Shown: positions 1-10,623 of the stretch, one piece after another | How positions within the stretch are numbered: the stretch's first letter is position 1 | Layout: every line of letters starts with the position of its first letter | Source: an uncultured Clostridium sp. | Lineage (GTDB): Bacteria; Bacillota; Clostridia; TANB77; CAG-508 | Length of the DNA stretch: 48,872 bases | Reading direction: 5' to 3' | NCBI GenBank assembly: GCA_950059165.1 | Contig: CATLUC010000002.1 | Coordinates: 1,971 to 50,842 of the forward strand | The notes under the pieces: generated by a model | Told to the model about the DNA's origin: nothing | What the model saw: only the letters and a program-made list of their open reading frames with translations | Databases searched by the model: none | Translations under genes and position numbers: made by a program

Positions 1-3000
1 TGTTAATAAACCCAATAATCATTCCATATTTATTTTCTTTAAAATCCTTACTTTGCATATATTTTTTTACAAATTCACCATATTTGAATTCTGCTTTTGA
101 ACTTGGCCATTCTTTGTTTATTGTATTACCAATCGTAGAAATTATATATGCATCTTGTGCATGATGATAATTATTTACATTTCTATTTTTGTATAAATTA
201 TATTTTTCTCTAAAAGCATGTGTCAGTTCAGCTCTTAAAGCAAATATATCTGTGTTTGTATATGAATTTTTTAATAAATTTGTTACATATTTTGTTATTT
301 GTCTAGTTTCTACTAATTGTCTCTTTACAAATCTTTCTTTATCATCTTCTGTTTCAAACATCTTTCTTCTAATTAGTTTATTATATTTACTAGGTGTTAT
401 AAGACCAACATCAAGTAAACTTTTCCACCACATTTGTTGATTATTTATAATTTCATCACTTAAAAATAAATTATCGGTTTTTCTTTGATTTTCTCTTTTT
501 AAAACTAATGCTTTATTATCAAGACTATCATCTTTTATGTATGACCTTGGTATTATATGGTCTACTTCATATAAACTTAAATTGTCTAATTCTAATTTTT
601 CTCCACTATACAAGCATTTTCCATTTTGTATATAATATAAGTACATTTTCTCTGTTAGCTCTTTTTGATTTTGTTGTTTCTTTAATTCCTTATATACATT
701 GTTATTATAGTCTTTTAAATAATTTATTTGATTTTCTATTTGTTCATATTTATCTAATATTTTTTTAGCTCTTTTACTTGTTAGTTCTTTTTTGTAATTT
801 TCTGCCCTTGCAAATTCTATATAAATATTTTGTGGTTCACATTTCATTATTTTTATAATTTCTTTAACCACACAAATTGTTTGCCAAATTGCCCTTTTAT
901 TTGCTGGAGATGTTGGTATTTCTTCAATATCTTTATATGATATTTTTCCTGTTTTTTTAGGAAGCATGCTTTCTATTTGTTTATCAAATCCGAAATTTTT
1001 TTCATTAATAATTTGCATGAAATTCATATTAGTTTTTTTCAACTTGTCCATTATTGAGTCTTTGTCATTTGCTTTTAATTCTACTAATAATTTTTTAGAT
1101 AATCGTGACCATCCAGTGTATTTTCTTTTACATAGTTGATTTATTTGTTCATTTGTTAAATTTTTATATTTTTGTTCTATTTTTCTTCTTAATATTTTTT
1201 TATCTTCAAATATTGTAATCCAATAAATTAATTCTTCACATTCATCTATATTAGTTTCATCCACTTTTCCTAATAAATTACACATATCAATATATGATGA
1301 CATATTTGAGTCAAAATTTTCTCCATCTGTAAGTCCTTCTATGCTTTTTATTTCTTTACCATTTATTTTATAATACGATTTTAATGTTTTAGCTGTAACC
1401 TTTTTCTTTTTCTTAAAAAGATTTTCTATAATATCCATTTTTTCATGTTTACCTAAGCGATGTCTATCTATTCTAATGTTATTTAGTTCGTTTAAAACAC
1501 AAAACTCTGAATACAAAATTGATTGTTTTGGTATGACATCTTCATTTATTAGATAAGTACATTTATTTGTCATTCTTCTTATGAATTCCTCTGCAGTTGC
1601 ATCAATATTTATAACCTCTTCAAAATTCCATGGTCTTATTTTTTCTTCTTTATTTTTTATAAGCCACGCCCAATTGCTATTTTTGTTTGTAAGAGGTCCT
1701 ACATAATATGGTATTCTAAATGAAAACAAATCAATAATTTTTTCTTTATTTGTTTCTAATGTTTTATAATATTTTGATTGGTTATCAAGTATTTTAATTA
1801 ATTCCTTTTGGTGCAGTTGATGTGGAATTGCTCCATTGTCTGTCACATTTATTTTTACTAAAAAATTATTATCTTCTAGTTGTTTCAATATGTATTCTTT
1901 TTGAGAACATTCATCAGGTAAGGTATTGATTTTTTTCTTTAATTTTATAAAGAATTCTTCTTTATTACATTTTTTATATTTTGTTCTAGAACTTTTTCCA
2001 TTATAAGCTACATAGTTGTTACTTTCTTCTTTTCTAAACATTTCTGAGTAATCACTTGGAAAATAATCTTTATATATTTTTTTTAGCTGTTTTAAATCAT
2101 TTTTGTATTTCTCATATTTCTCAATCATGGCTACAGATATATAATTATTTCCCTTTAAAATATCTTGCAATATAAACCAACTATAAATATTACTCATTGA
2201 ATCATATATATTTGAATTTTCTTGTAAAGTTTGTTTAATTTCATCTTCATTTTCTATATCTGTTGTAAATGATATTTTGGATTTTTCAATGTCTGTACCA
2301 AATATTTTATTTAAATCAGTACTGTACCCTAAAAATGCATTTACTAAATTTACAATAATTGATTTCTCTGTTTTTTCAAATTCAAACATATTAATTATCT
2401 TTTCTTTTTTATTTGCTTTGGATAAATTTTTTTGTTTTAATATTTTTATTATTTCTTCTTTGTTTTGGCTTAATGTAATTTCATATTTATCATTTAGAAA
2501 TTCAATAATTTGCTCTAAACTTTCTTCTATTTGTTCCACATCTTCTGCAAAATCTCCCTCATATAAGAAATTTCCTCTATATTTTATGATATGATGTAAT
2601 GCCAAGTATACTAATCTAATGTCAACTTTTTCAGTAGTGTTTACTAAATAATTTCTCAAATGATAAATTGTTGGGAATCTATTGTAATAGTCTATGTCTG
2701 TATATGAATTATCTTCAACAAAAAGATTATGTTTTCTTTTTAATCTTGAACTAGCTATTTTTTTATCTTCAAAATCTAATGAACTTTCTTTTAGTAGTGG
2801 TAAAAAGTTTGGGTATTCTCTTTCTATGTCATCAATTATTAAACTTTGTAAAATGTTCATTCTTTCTTTTCTTCTATTTAATCTTCTCCTTGCACCTCTA
2901 TGATTTCTTCTTTCTAGTGCTGTTCCGTGCTTCTTCAAACAATCTTGAACCCCACATGTTTTTATTGTTTCTTTTTAATATTTTACTTTCGTTATCTGTA

Positions 3001-3057
3001 ACACACCACCCTACTGATCCTACTCCAATATCTAATCCGAATACTATAATTTTTCAC
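1..3057 (-). CDS. cas9: Cas9 endonuclease (type II-A-like), first ~1018 codons. The 3' end lies beyond the left window edge. Two zero-frame CGG +1 breaks (extra C at 3039 and 2927).
   Basis: Hand translation of the minus strand starts at GTG 3057 (GGAGG at 3067-3071, 9-nt spacer). Motifs found: MKNYSI-GLDIGVGSVGWCVTD (RuvC-I), ERRNHRGARRRLNRRKERM (Arg-rich bridge helix), YHLRNYL, FRIPYYVGPL, NFMQII, SPANKRAIWQT, NIYIEFARA (RuvC-II), LYEVDHIIPRS..DNKALV (HNH), NNYHHAQDAYI (RuvC-III). The frame was checked at four landmarks (first codon base = 1 mod 3 from 2926 to the edge). It is missing from the ORF track because no stop lies inside the window. Confidence 0.9.
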
Positions 3058-3086
3058 TTGACATTTCCTCCATTCCATGTTATATT
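3058..3086 (+). promoter_or_regulatory. Sigma-A-type promoter for the tracrRNA (TTGACA-17 nt-TATATT)
   Basis: TTGACA at 3058-3063, exact 17-nt spacer, TATATT at 3081-3086. It sits over the cas9 start/RBS region and points away from cas9. Confidence 0.5.
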
Positions 3087-3092
3087 TAGTTT

Positions 3093-3206
3093 GCTATTAA
3101 TTACTATCTAAAATAGCACAATGAGTTAAAATAAGGTTTAACCTTTAATACCAAGAAATTGGTTTCACTTAGGTGATTTTTAGTTCTAGTTTTCTAGAAC
3201 TTTTTT
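3093..3206 (+). ncRNA. tracrRNA: tracrRNA (anti-repeat, nexus, two hairpins, intrinsic terminator)
   Basis: GTTAAAATAAGG at 3125-3136 is identical to the S. pyogenes tracrRNA core as I remember it. The nexus-like stem GGTTTAACC is at 3135-3143. Hairpins are CCAAGAAATTGG (3151-3162) and TCACTTAGGTGA (3165-3176). The terminator AGTTCTAG-TTTT-CTAGAACT plus T6 is at 3182-3206. It is divergent from cas9, as in type II-A loci. The 5' end is inferred from the promoter. Confidence 0.7.
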
Positions 3207-3298
3207 ATTATATAGGAAAATCAAAGATTTTTACCTTTACAATAAAAATACGTTCTACTTAGAAATTGCTAAAATAATTTTAGCCAACGAACAAAGAC

Positions 3299-3335
3299 GA
3301 GGCATAAAAAGGTCATAAAATTTTAATCATGCCTC
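3299..3335. terminator. Hairpin GAGGCAT..ATGCCTC, bidirectional terminator candidate downstream of sigG
   Basis: 7-bp GC-containing stem with a 23-nt loop, and T-rich tracts on both strands. A related element in opposite orientation is at 13401-13451. Confidence 0.4.
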
Positions 3336-3420
3336 TTTTGTTCTATTATAGAAAACATTGCAAATTATTTATACCATAAAATGACATTTTTTTCAATAAA
3401 TTTCCTATATTATAAAAATG

Positions 3421-4197
3421 TTACTTATAAAATCTTTTAATATGCACAATTGCACTTTTTTCTAGTCGTGAAACCTGTGCTTGTGAAATACCAATTTCCT
3501 CTGCCACCTCCATTTGGGTTCTTCCATCAAAAAACCTTTTCATTACTATAACTCTTTCTTTCTCATTTAACTTTTGCAAAGCCCCCTCAATTGCCATCTT
3601 TTCAGTCCACATTTCATCTGTATTTTTACTATCTTTTACTTGGTCCATAACATAAATGCTTTCTGAGCCATCATTATAAACTGGTTCTTGCAAAGATACC
3701 GGGTCTTGTATTGCATCAAAACTAAATGCTATATCCTCTTTTTTTACTCCTAACTCTTTTGCAATTTCATCAATTTTAGGCTCTCTTCCGTTTTCTTTTA
3801 CATATCTTTCTTTAAATTGAATTGCTTTATATGCTAAATCTCTAATTGACCTACTAACCCTTATGCTATTATTATCTCTTAAATATCGCTTTACTTCACC
3901 TATTATCATTGGCACAGCATATGTGCTAAATTGCACGTTCTGGCTTAAATCAAAATTATCTATTGCTTTAATTAATCCTACACAACCTACTTGAAATAGG
4001 TCATCTGCTGATTCTCCTCTTCCGTAAAATCTTTGAATAATGCTTAGTACTAATCTTAAGTTTCCATTTATGAATTCTGTTCTTGCTTCTTCATCTCCTG
4101 CTTTTATTTTGATAAATAGTTCTTCTTTTTTTTCTCTACTTAAAACTGGTAATTTTGATGTGTTTACACCACATATTTCTACTTTGTTGTTTAACAA
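3421..4197 (-). CDS. sigG: Forespore sigma factor sigma-G
   Basis: The ORF-track protein carries VEICGVNTSKLPVL, region 2 DLFQVGCVGLIKAIDNFD and region 4.2 GISQAQVSRLEK. It sits next to spoIIGA-sigE. Confidence 0.9.
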   Translation of the reverse strand: MLNNKVEICGVNTSKLPVLSREKKEELFIKIKAGDEEARTEFINGNLRLVLSIIQRFYGRGESADDLFQVGCVGLIKAIDNFDLSQNVQFSTYAVPMIIGEVKRYLRDNNSIRVSRSIRDLAYKAIQFKERYVKENGREPKIDEIAKELGVKKEDIAFSFDAIQDPVSLQEPVYNDGSESIYVMDQVKDSKNTDEMWTEKMAIEGALQKLNEKERVIVMKRFFDGRTQMEVAEEIGISQAQVSRLEKSAIVHIKRFYK

Positions 4198-4318
4198 AAG
4201 AAAAACCTCCTTTGAAAATAACTTATGTTTTAAGTATTTCCAAATTTGGTTTTTTTATACTATGTTGGCATATGAACGAAGACAGAGCCTATAAATGTTT
4301 AAAAAAAGGTCATAAATT

Positions 4319-5249
4319 TTATTTTTTATAACGTATTGTTACATATCCTTGTAATCCACTTGCACCAGCATTGTTAGTTGATATTCTTAGTGTTTTATCT
4401 TGACATGAATAGTAAATTCTCATCAATCTATCTCCAGTAGTTGTCCAATTAATAGGTAGATTATTGTTAGAATCAGTCTTTTTATAATACCCACCTACAA
4501 TAATACATTCTTTTATGTTATATTTTGATAAATCAACTTTATTTTCTACCATTACACCATCTGTAGTTGTTGGTGCAACTATTTCTACTGATAATTCATA
4601 CATATCGCTTCCATCATACCATTTTCCGACTAATCTTTCATTATTTATACTATAATCAATTTTTCCATCTTGTTCTAATTTCTGCACTTTGCTATTTAGT
4701 GTATCAATTATAGCTTGTTGAGATGCAATGTTTGCTTCATAAGATGTTTTTGCTGTTTGGAAAGATGTTTCTAATTCTTGTATTCTCTTTTCAAGTTCTT
4801 GCATATTACTACTATTATCTGCAACTTTAACTCCATTAATGGATGCTAATTTTAAATGACCATCTATTTCAAATTCATATGGATATTCTTTTAATTTTGT
4901 AAAAATTGACTTTGCTTCTTTTACATATATTTTTTGTAAACTTGCAATTTTTTTAGATTCTAACTCTACATATTGCATTTCATTATCTTCACACAATTGG
5001 TCAGCTAAATATTGCAAACTCGGCATTTCTTGTGTTTCTGCATAACTTTTTATTTGTGCATTTGTTATTTTTAAATTTATTATTTCTGTAGCTGTTTGTT
5101 TGTTGTTTTCTTCTTTTGCAGTTTGTGCTTTTCCGAAAAATACCATTATCTCCTACTAAAATTGCTATTGTTATACCTGTTAAAATTATTAATATAACAA
5201 CTGTTACAATTAATGAAATTAGTGTAATTCCTTTTATTTCTTTCTTCAT
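4319..5249 (-). CDS. Pilin-like-leader surface protein P1 (coiled-coil stalk plus beta-rich head). One zero-frame CGG +1 break (extra C at 5135).
   Basis: ATG 5249 follows AAGGAA. MKKEIKG-ITLISLIVTVVILIILTGITIAILVGDNGIF continues as GKAQTAKEENNKQTATEIINLKITN only after dropping the C. This joins ORFs 5001-5258 and 4319-5146. The N-terminal ~130 aa are paralogous to P6 (41954-43030). Confidence 0.8.
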
Positions 5250-5447
5250 TTTTATCACATTCCTTGTATTATAATTTTTGTTTTATTTTATCATTTTCTT
5301 AAGTCAGAATAAATAATATTGCCATAATATTATAGTATCTTTTTTACATAACATATATGTTGATTTCCAAAATTTTGATTTCTTTATGTAACTATGATAT
5401 AATTAAATTGTAACTGCCGAAATAGGTTTCATGAAAGGAGGTGTAGC

Positions 5448-5669
5448 ATGTGCTACATTGCCGAGAGTTGTCATAATGATGGTTTTGATGTTTTGAAAAG
5501 CATCATCGAGACTAATTATGACGACGAATGGGATGACAAATATTGTATTCCCATTCAAGCAATAATAGTTGCTCACTTCGAAAGTAACGGAAAAATACAA
5601 TTTTTCTCTGTTTCTGAAGAAGAGCAACAGCAGATTATAGCATTTGCAAGAAGTGCTGTTCTCTGCTAG
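5448..5669 (+). CDS. Small acidic hypothetical protein (73 aa)
   Basis: Strong RBS GAAAGGAGG 6-7 nt upstream of the ATG, visibly higher G+C than the surroundings, and followed by the hairpin at 5677-5698. No family recognised. Confidence 0.55.
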   Translation: MCYIAESCHNDGFDVLKSIIETNYDDEWDDKYCIPIQAIIVAHFESNGKIQFFSVSEEEQQQIIAFARSAVLC

Positions 5670-5676
5670 AGCAATA

Positions 5677-5698
5677 AAAGAGAGGTTACCCTCTCTTT
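5677..5698. terminator. Bidirectional hairpin AAAGAGAGG-TTAC-CCTCTCTTT between the small ORF and sigE
   Basis: Perfect 9-bp stem. It overlaps the corrected sigE stop codon (5697-5699). Confidence 0.55.
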
Positions 5699-6435
5699 AC
5701 CCTATTTTACTCGAAATTTCCTTTTTCATTTTGCCAATAATCTTTTTTTCCAACCTTGATATGTAACTTTGTGAAATACCGAAGTTCATCTGCAACCTCT
5801 TTTTGAGTTTTCTCTCTTCCAGTTAGAAAACCAAAACGCATTTCCATTATATTTTTCTCCCTATCATTTAGCTTATTAATAGAAGCTCGCAAAAGCGACT
5901 TATCAACCTCATCTTCTAAATTCCTTGAAGTAATATCTGCTTCAGTACCCAAAATATCTGAAAGAAGCAACTCATTTCCATCACCATCTTTATTTAATGG
6001 TTCATCAATAGAAACCTCACCCTTTATCTTATTATTTTTTCTTAAATACATCAAGATTTCATTTTCAATACACCTAGAAGCATAAGTGGCAAGCTTTATT
6101 TTTTTATCTGCATTAAAAGTATTTACACCTTTCATCAGACCAATTGTTCCAATAGATATCAAGTCCTCTATTCCAATACCTGTATTTTCAAACTTTTTAG
6201 CAATATATACCACCAGCCTTAAATTTCTTTCCACTAGCTTTTGCCTTACAGCTAGATTATCCTCTTGGTCTAACTGTTCAATAAGCTCAGCTTCCTCTTC
6301 AGGCGAAAGTGGTGGTGGCAAAGTTTGACTTCCTGCAATATAAAATATTGGCAAATATTCAATTTCATTTTTTTCATTAATATATTTAGCACAAATTGTG
6401 TTAATTCCATTTTTCACAAATTCAAAAATATTCAT
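5697..6435 (-). CDS. sigE: Mother-cell sigma factor pro-sigma-E. One zero-frame CGG +1 break (extra C at 5781).
   Basis: The pro-sequence with [17 protein letters not shown] is present. As called by the track the protein ends in [20 protein letters not shown]. Dropping the C gives [31 protein letters not shown], the canonical region 4.2 HTH. Confidence 0.9.
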
Positions 6436-6564
6436 AAACTCTTAGTCTCCTTCCTTTTTTGTTGGGATGATTTTATGGATGGAAGAAAAATCATGACTAT
6501 ATAAGTTTTAGGCAAGACTTTTTATTTTGTATAACAGCCATGATTTTTTCCTCCATCCCTAAAG

Positions 6565-7449
6565 TCATTCCCATATTCCCATTAAAGCTCTATATTCTCC
6601 TCTTTTTGTTAAAGATTTATTATATATTCCAACAATTATATTTCTTTTTTCCTCTTCTTTATCCATTTCCTTTATTTTGATGCTTTCTGCTTTAATGCCT
6701 ATTAGCATTCCATTTTGTTTTCCCAAAGAAGAAAAGGGAATATATTTTAGTTTCGACATATATTCTTGTCTTATCTTTTCTGGTATACTATCAAATTCAC
6801 CTCCTAATAAATTCTCCAAATTGTTTAATATCTCTTTTGGCATTACATCATACAAAAGAGTATGTTCTACTACAATAACAGGTGTATTAGTTAATGGTTC
6901 TCTTAGTCCATTTCCTGTGTCCAACATTGCTGTTGTTTTTATATTTTTTCCATTTAAATGAATTTCTATTTCATAAAACATATCTTTTTTGGTTATTTTA
7001 GACTTTACAATTGTAAATGCTGTTACAATAATGATAAATGCCACAATTGCCCCTAATATAATCGTTTTTAATGGATATGTTCCTAAAAATAGCCCATTCT
7101 TCATTAAAATATCTTGTGGCTTCACAACATAAATTAATGCAAATGCTGCCCCTCCAAAAACAAAAGATGTTAGGTAAAATATTAATATGTCTTTCCACAA
7201 TTTTTTCATTGTTTGTGGATTGAATGCTATGTATACTATTACTATGGATAATATTATTTTTAATATCATGCTTGAATAAATTTCTAAAATTGACATATAA
7301 GATACTACTGAATAAATTGCTCCAATTAAACTACTACTAAAAAGTCTTATGATTTTAATTTTTTCCTTTAAAATTATTCCTGTTGCTAGTAAAATTATAA
7401 AGTTCATTATTAAATTTTCTATCAATACTATATCAATATAAATAGTCAT
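6565..7449 (-). CDS. spoIIGA: Sporulation sigma-E processing aspartic protease SpoIIGA
   Basis: Multi-pass membrane N-terminus plus a C-terminal domain with the LDTGNGLREP motif. It lies immediately upstream of sigE. Confidence 0.85.
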   Translation of the reverse strand: MTIYIDIVLIENLIMNFIILLATGIILKEKIKIIRLFSSSLIGAIYSVVSYMSILEIYSSMILKIILSIVIVYIAFNPQTMKKLWKDILIFYLTSFVFGGAAFALIYVVKPQDILMKNGLFLGTYPLKTIILGAIVAFIIIVTAFTIVKSKITKKDMFYEIEIHLNGKNIKTTAMLDTGNGLREPLTNTPVIVVEHTLLYDVMPKEILNNLENLLGGEFDSIPEKIRQEYMSKLKYIPFSSLGKQNGMLIGIKAESIKIKEMDKEEEKRNIIVGIYNKSLTKRGEYRALMGIWE

Positions 7450-7601
7450 GCTATCACCTGCATGACTATTATACTTCTTTTATTTTGAAAAAACTGTCTT
7501 TTCTTATTGCCGAAAAAAAGAAATTATCGACACGTTTTTCCTTAACTTTTTCTAAATAATTCTTAGTAACCTGTCCCAATTATGCCCAAAAGACCAATCA
7601 A

Positions 7602-7640
7602 TAAAAAAATGTCGCAAGGGAAACGTCCCCAACACGACAT
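7602..7640 (-). terminator. Intrinsic terminator after ftsZ (member of the ATGTCGCAAGGGAAACGTCC hairpin family)
   Basis: On the minus strand: ATGTCG..GGGACGTTTCCC..CGACAT followed by T7. It abuts the ftsZ stop codon. A near-identical copy is at 35929-35960. Confidence 0.6.
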
Positions 7641-8767
7641 TACATATTTTTATTTTTGTTTTTTCTTAGGAAAGATGGTATGTCTAAGTCATTTTGTGAT
7701 GAGTTTGGTTCTGAGCTTGCTGGTATAGAGTTCATTTTTTCTTTCCAAGGTCTTGATATTGTGTTTTCTATTCCAATGCTTGAAATTTGTTCATTTTTTT
7801 CAAATCCTGTTGCAATTACTGTTATTTGAATTTCATCTGACATACTAGGGTCTGTTACTGTACCAAATATGATGTTTGCTTCAGGGTCTACACTGCGTTG
7901 CACTAGTTCTGCTGCTGTGTTTACTTCGTGTAATCCTAAGTCTTCTCCACCTGTGATGTTGATTATTACTCCTTTTGCTCCTTCTATTGATGTTTCTAGT
8001 AATGGACTTTGGATTGCTTCTTTTGCTGCATCTTCTGCTCTGTTTTCTCCTGATGCACTTCCTACTCCCATATGTGCCATTCCTTGGTTTAACATTATTG
8101 TTTTTACATCTGCAAAGTCTAGATTTACAAGTCCTGGAATTGCAATTAAGTCTGAAATTCCTTGTACACCTTGTCTTAATATATCGTCTGCTAATTTAAA
8201 AGCTTCAATAATAGATGTTTTTCTATCAATTATTTGTAATAGTTTGTCATTTGGTATAACAACTAATGTATCTACTTTTCCTTTCAAACTTTCAATTCCT
8301 CTTTCTGCTTGTGAAAGTCTTTTCTTTCCTTCAAAAGTAAATGGTTTTGTTACTACTCCTATAGTTAAAATTCCCATTTCCTTTGCAGTATAAGCAACTA
8401 TTGGTGCAGCTCCTGTTCCAGTTCCTCCACCCATTCCTGCAGTAACAAATACCATGTCTGCTCCTCTTAGTACTTCTGCTATTTCAGATTTGCTTTCTTC
8501 TGCAGATTGAGCTCCAATGTCAGGATTTGCTCCTGCTCCTAGTCCTCTTGTTATTTTTTCTCCTATTTGTATTTTTGTACTTGCTTTTGATGTTTGTAGT
8601 GCTTGTCTATCTGTATTAACTGCGATGAAATCAACCCCTTTAATTCCAGCATCAATCATTCTGTTAACAGCATTATTTCCAGCTCCACCAACACCTATAA
8701 CCTTTATAGTAGCAGTTCCATCCATCATTGAAATATTATTATTGGTTTCCTCATTGTAATCCATCAT
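7640..8767 (-). CDS. ftsZ: Cell division GTPase FtsZ
   Basis: [13 protein letters not shown] and [10 protein letters not shown] tubulin signature motifs. Confidence 0.97.
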   Translation of the reverse strand: MMDYNEETNNNISMMDGTATIKVIGVGGAGNNAVNRMIDAGIKGVDFIAVNTDRQALQTSKASTKIQIGEKITRGLGAGANPDIGAQSAEESKSEIAEVLRGADMVFVTAGMGGGTGTGAAPIVAYTAKEMGILTIGVVTKPFTFEGKKRLSQAERGIESLKGKVDTLVVIPNDKLLQIIDRKTSIIEAFKLADDILRQGVQGISDLIAIPGLVNLDFADVKTIMLNQGMAHMGVGSASGENRAEDAAKEAIQSPLLETSIEGAKGVIINITGGEDLGLHEVNTAAELVQRSVDPEANIIFGTVTDPSMSDEIQITVIATGFEKNEQISSIGIENTISRPWKEKMNSIPASSEPNSSQNDLDIPSFLRKNKNKNM

Positions 8768-8912
8768 TTAGTTTTTCCTCCCTTTAAATTAGCTATTTTT
8801 AGCTAGTTTTATATTTTTTAAAATTAATAACTTTTTTGAAAATAAAATCTTATTAATGATTTATTTTCACTTTGTGTCTATGAAATTAAAATGTTCCACA
8901 ATTATTTCCCAT

Positions 8913-10143
8913 TTAAGAGTAGAAAAATTCTTTTATTCTCTCCATAATTGTTTTTAAAAAGCTTTCATCAGTTTGTGTATCTATATTACTAGATACTGTT
9001 TTAGCAAAAGGTCTTGCAGCAATATACCTTACTAAAGCATAACTAGTTCTATATGTTGGCTTTACAGTACTTACTGCTCTTCCAGTAGATATTTTAACAG
9101 GTATATTTAAATTGATTTTTCCGTGCTACATCACTTTTGTTTATGTTTATTATGCCTTGTCCTGTTAATACAACATTGTTTATTTTTTGTTTGACCCCTT
9201 GATTTGTTATTTCTTTGTTGATAATAGAAAATATTTCTTCTATTCTTGCTTCTATGATTTCTATTAGTTCTGAACTTTTGATAATTCTGTTTTTATTGTT
9301 GTCTTTTGATGTATTTAATATGATGTCATTGTCATTATCAATAAAAGATTTCAGAGCTAGTCCATATTGCCTTTTTAGTTTGTCTGCCTCTTCTTCTGAA
9401 ATGTTTAATACTAATGCAATATCATGTGTAATATTATCTCCACCTACTGGTATAGAATTGGTATGTACAAAAGTTGAACCTTCAAAAACACCAATTTCTG
9501 TATTTCCTGCACCTATGTCCAAAAGCATAACATTATCATGCAATTCGTTTTTATCTAAAATTAAGTTTCTTTCTGCTAAAGCTACTGGTACAATTCCATC
9601 AATTTCTAGTCCAGCTCTTTTAAATACACTGTTTAGTTGTCTTACATAATCTCGTTCTGCTAGAATAACTTGTGCACTAATTGTAAAACTAGAACTTAAG
9701 TTTCCAACTGGATCTGTTACAACATTTCCGTTTTCTAATGTTATTTTGTCTGGAACAATATCTATTAGTGTTTTTCCATCAGGAATTTCTATGTCTTTTA
9801 CTTGTATAATGGCATTCTGAACATCTCTTACTGATATTCCAGCATATTTGTCTTTTACTTCCTTGGTAATACTGTTTTGTACAATTGTTATATATTTTCC
9901 TAAAATTGTTACATATGCTGAATTAATTTTTAAATTGGTTTCTTCTTCGGCATCTTTTATCGTTTTTGCTATACTTAAACTGATTTCTTCTTCGTTTATT
10001 ATTTTCCCCTTCTTTAGTCCACTACATTTATATGAGGTATTACATATTATTTCTATTTGTCCGAAGTTATTGACTTCCCCTACAACGGTGCAAACCTTAC
10101 TAGTTCCTATGTCTATACCTACAATGATATCTCCGATTGCCAA
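8913..10143 (-). CDS. ftsA: Cell division protein FtsA. One zero-frame CGG +1 break (extra C at 9123).
   Basis: Actin-like N-terminus IVGIDIGTSKV. The track ORF ends ..SDVARKNQFKYTC*. Dropping the C gives ..SDVAGKINLNIPVKISTGRAV... up to MERIKEFFYS* (stop at 8913-8915). Confidence 0.9.
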
Positions 10144-10269
10144 GTTAATTCCTCCATTTTTAGTAATAAATTTCCTATATGTATATATATTACATTTTTA
10201 GACAAATGTCAATAGAAAACGTTATATTTTTGTAATATTTTTGTAATATTTTTGTAATAATTATTTTTA

Positions 10270-10623
10270 TTATTTTTTAAACTTTTCAGACCATTTATCT
10301 ACATAGTATCTTCTAATAATTCCTAGGTTTGTAAACATTCTACCTACAAATACAACAATTGCTGCTAAGTATATATCTACATTTAACTTTTCTCCTAAAA
10401 TTGTTAGTAAAATAGATAAAATAGCATTTCCAAAAAAGCCTGTTACAAATATTTTTAAGTCAAAATTTTTCTTAATAACAGATGTTATTCCCCCAAATAC
10501 TGAATCTAATGCTGCAATAATACCAATTGCTAAATAACTTGAATACGTATAAGAAATCATAGGTACATTCATTCCAATTATTGCTCCAAAAACACATCCT
10601 ATTATAATAGCTCCTATTACCAT
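10270..10623 (-). CDS. sbp: Small basic membrane protein Sbp (DUF1290)
   Basis: 117-aa hydrophobic protein with a basic tail. It holds the conserved position after the two DUF881 genes and before ftsA, as in Bacillus ylxW-ylxX-sbp. Confidence 0.65.
   Translation of the reverse strand: MVIGAIIIGCVFGAIIGMNVPMISYTYSSYLAIGIIAALDSVFGGITSVIKKNFDLKIFVTGFFGNAILSILLTILGEKLNVDIYLAAIVVFVGRMFTNLGIIRRYYVDKWSEKFKK

Noticed and set aside
3045-3064. Alternative cas9 start at ATG 3064-3062, rescued by a 1-nt slip in the A5 run (3048-3052)
   Set aside because: That ATG is only 2 nt from the GGAGG. GTG 3057 with a 9-nt spacer plus the CGG skip gives MKNYSIGLDIG, a much better match to Cas9 N-termini. It also uses the same rule as the 20 other sites.
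189-3111. Five plus-strand ORFs from the track (189-440, 508-768, 2277-2594, 2694-2903, 2779-3111)
   Set aside because: They are Phe/Leu/Ile/Ser-rich shadow frames antisense to cas9, with no RBS and no recognisable motifs. The minus strand carries an unambiguous Cas9 sequence.
5403-5627. Minus-strand 74-aa ORF overlapping the small plus-strand gene
   Set aside because: It has no RBS and a hydrophobic shadow-frame composition. The plus-strand ORF has a strong RBS and a terminator.
7869-8759. Plus-strand ORFs inside ftsZ (7869-8393, 7975-8199, 8517-8759), and similar antisense ORFs inside ftsA, murA, gatA/B, P2, P3 and other genes
   Set aside because: They are antisense shadow ORFs typical of AT-rich genomes. 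The opposite strand encodes conserved proteins.
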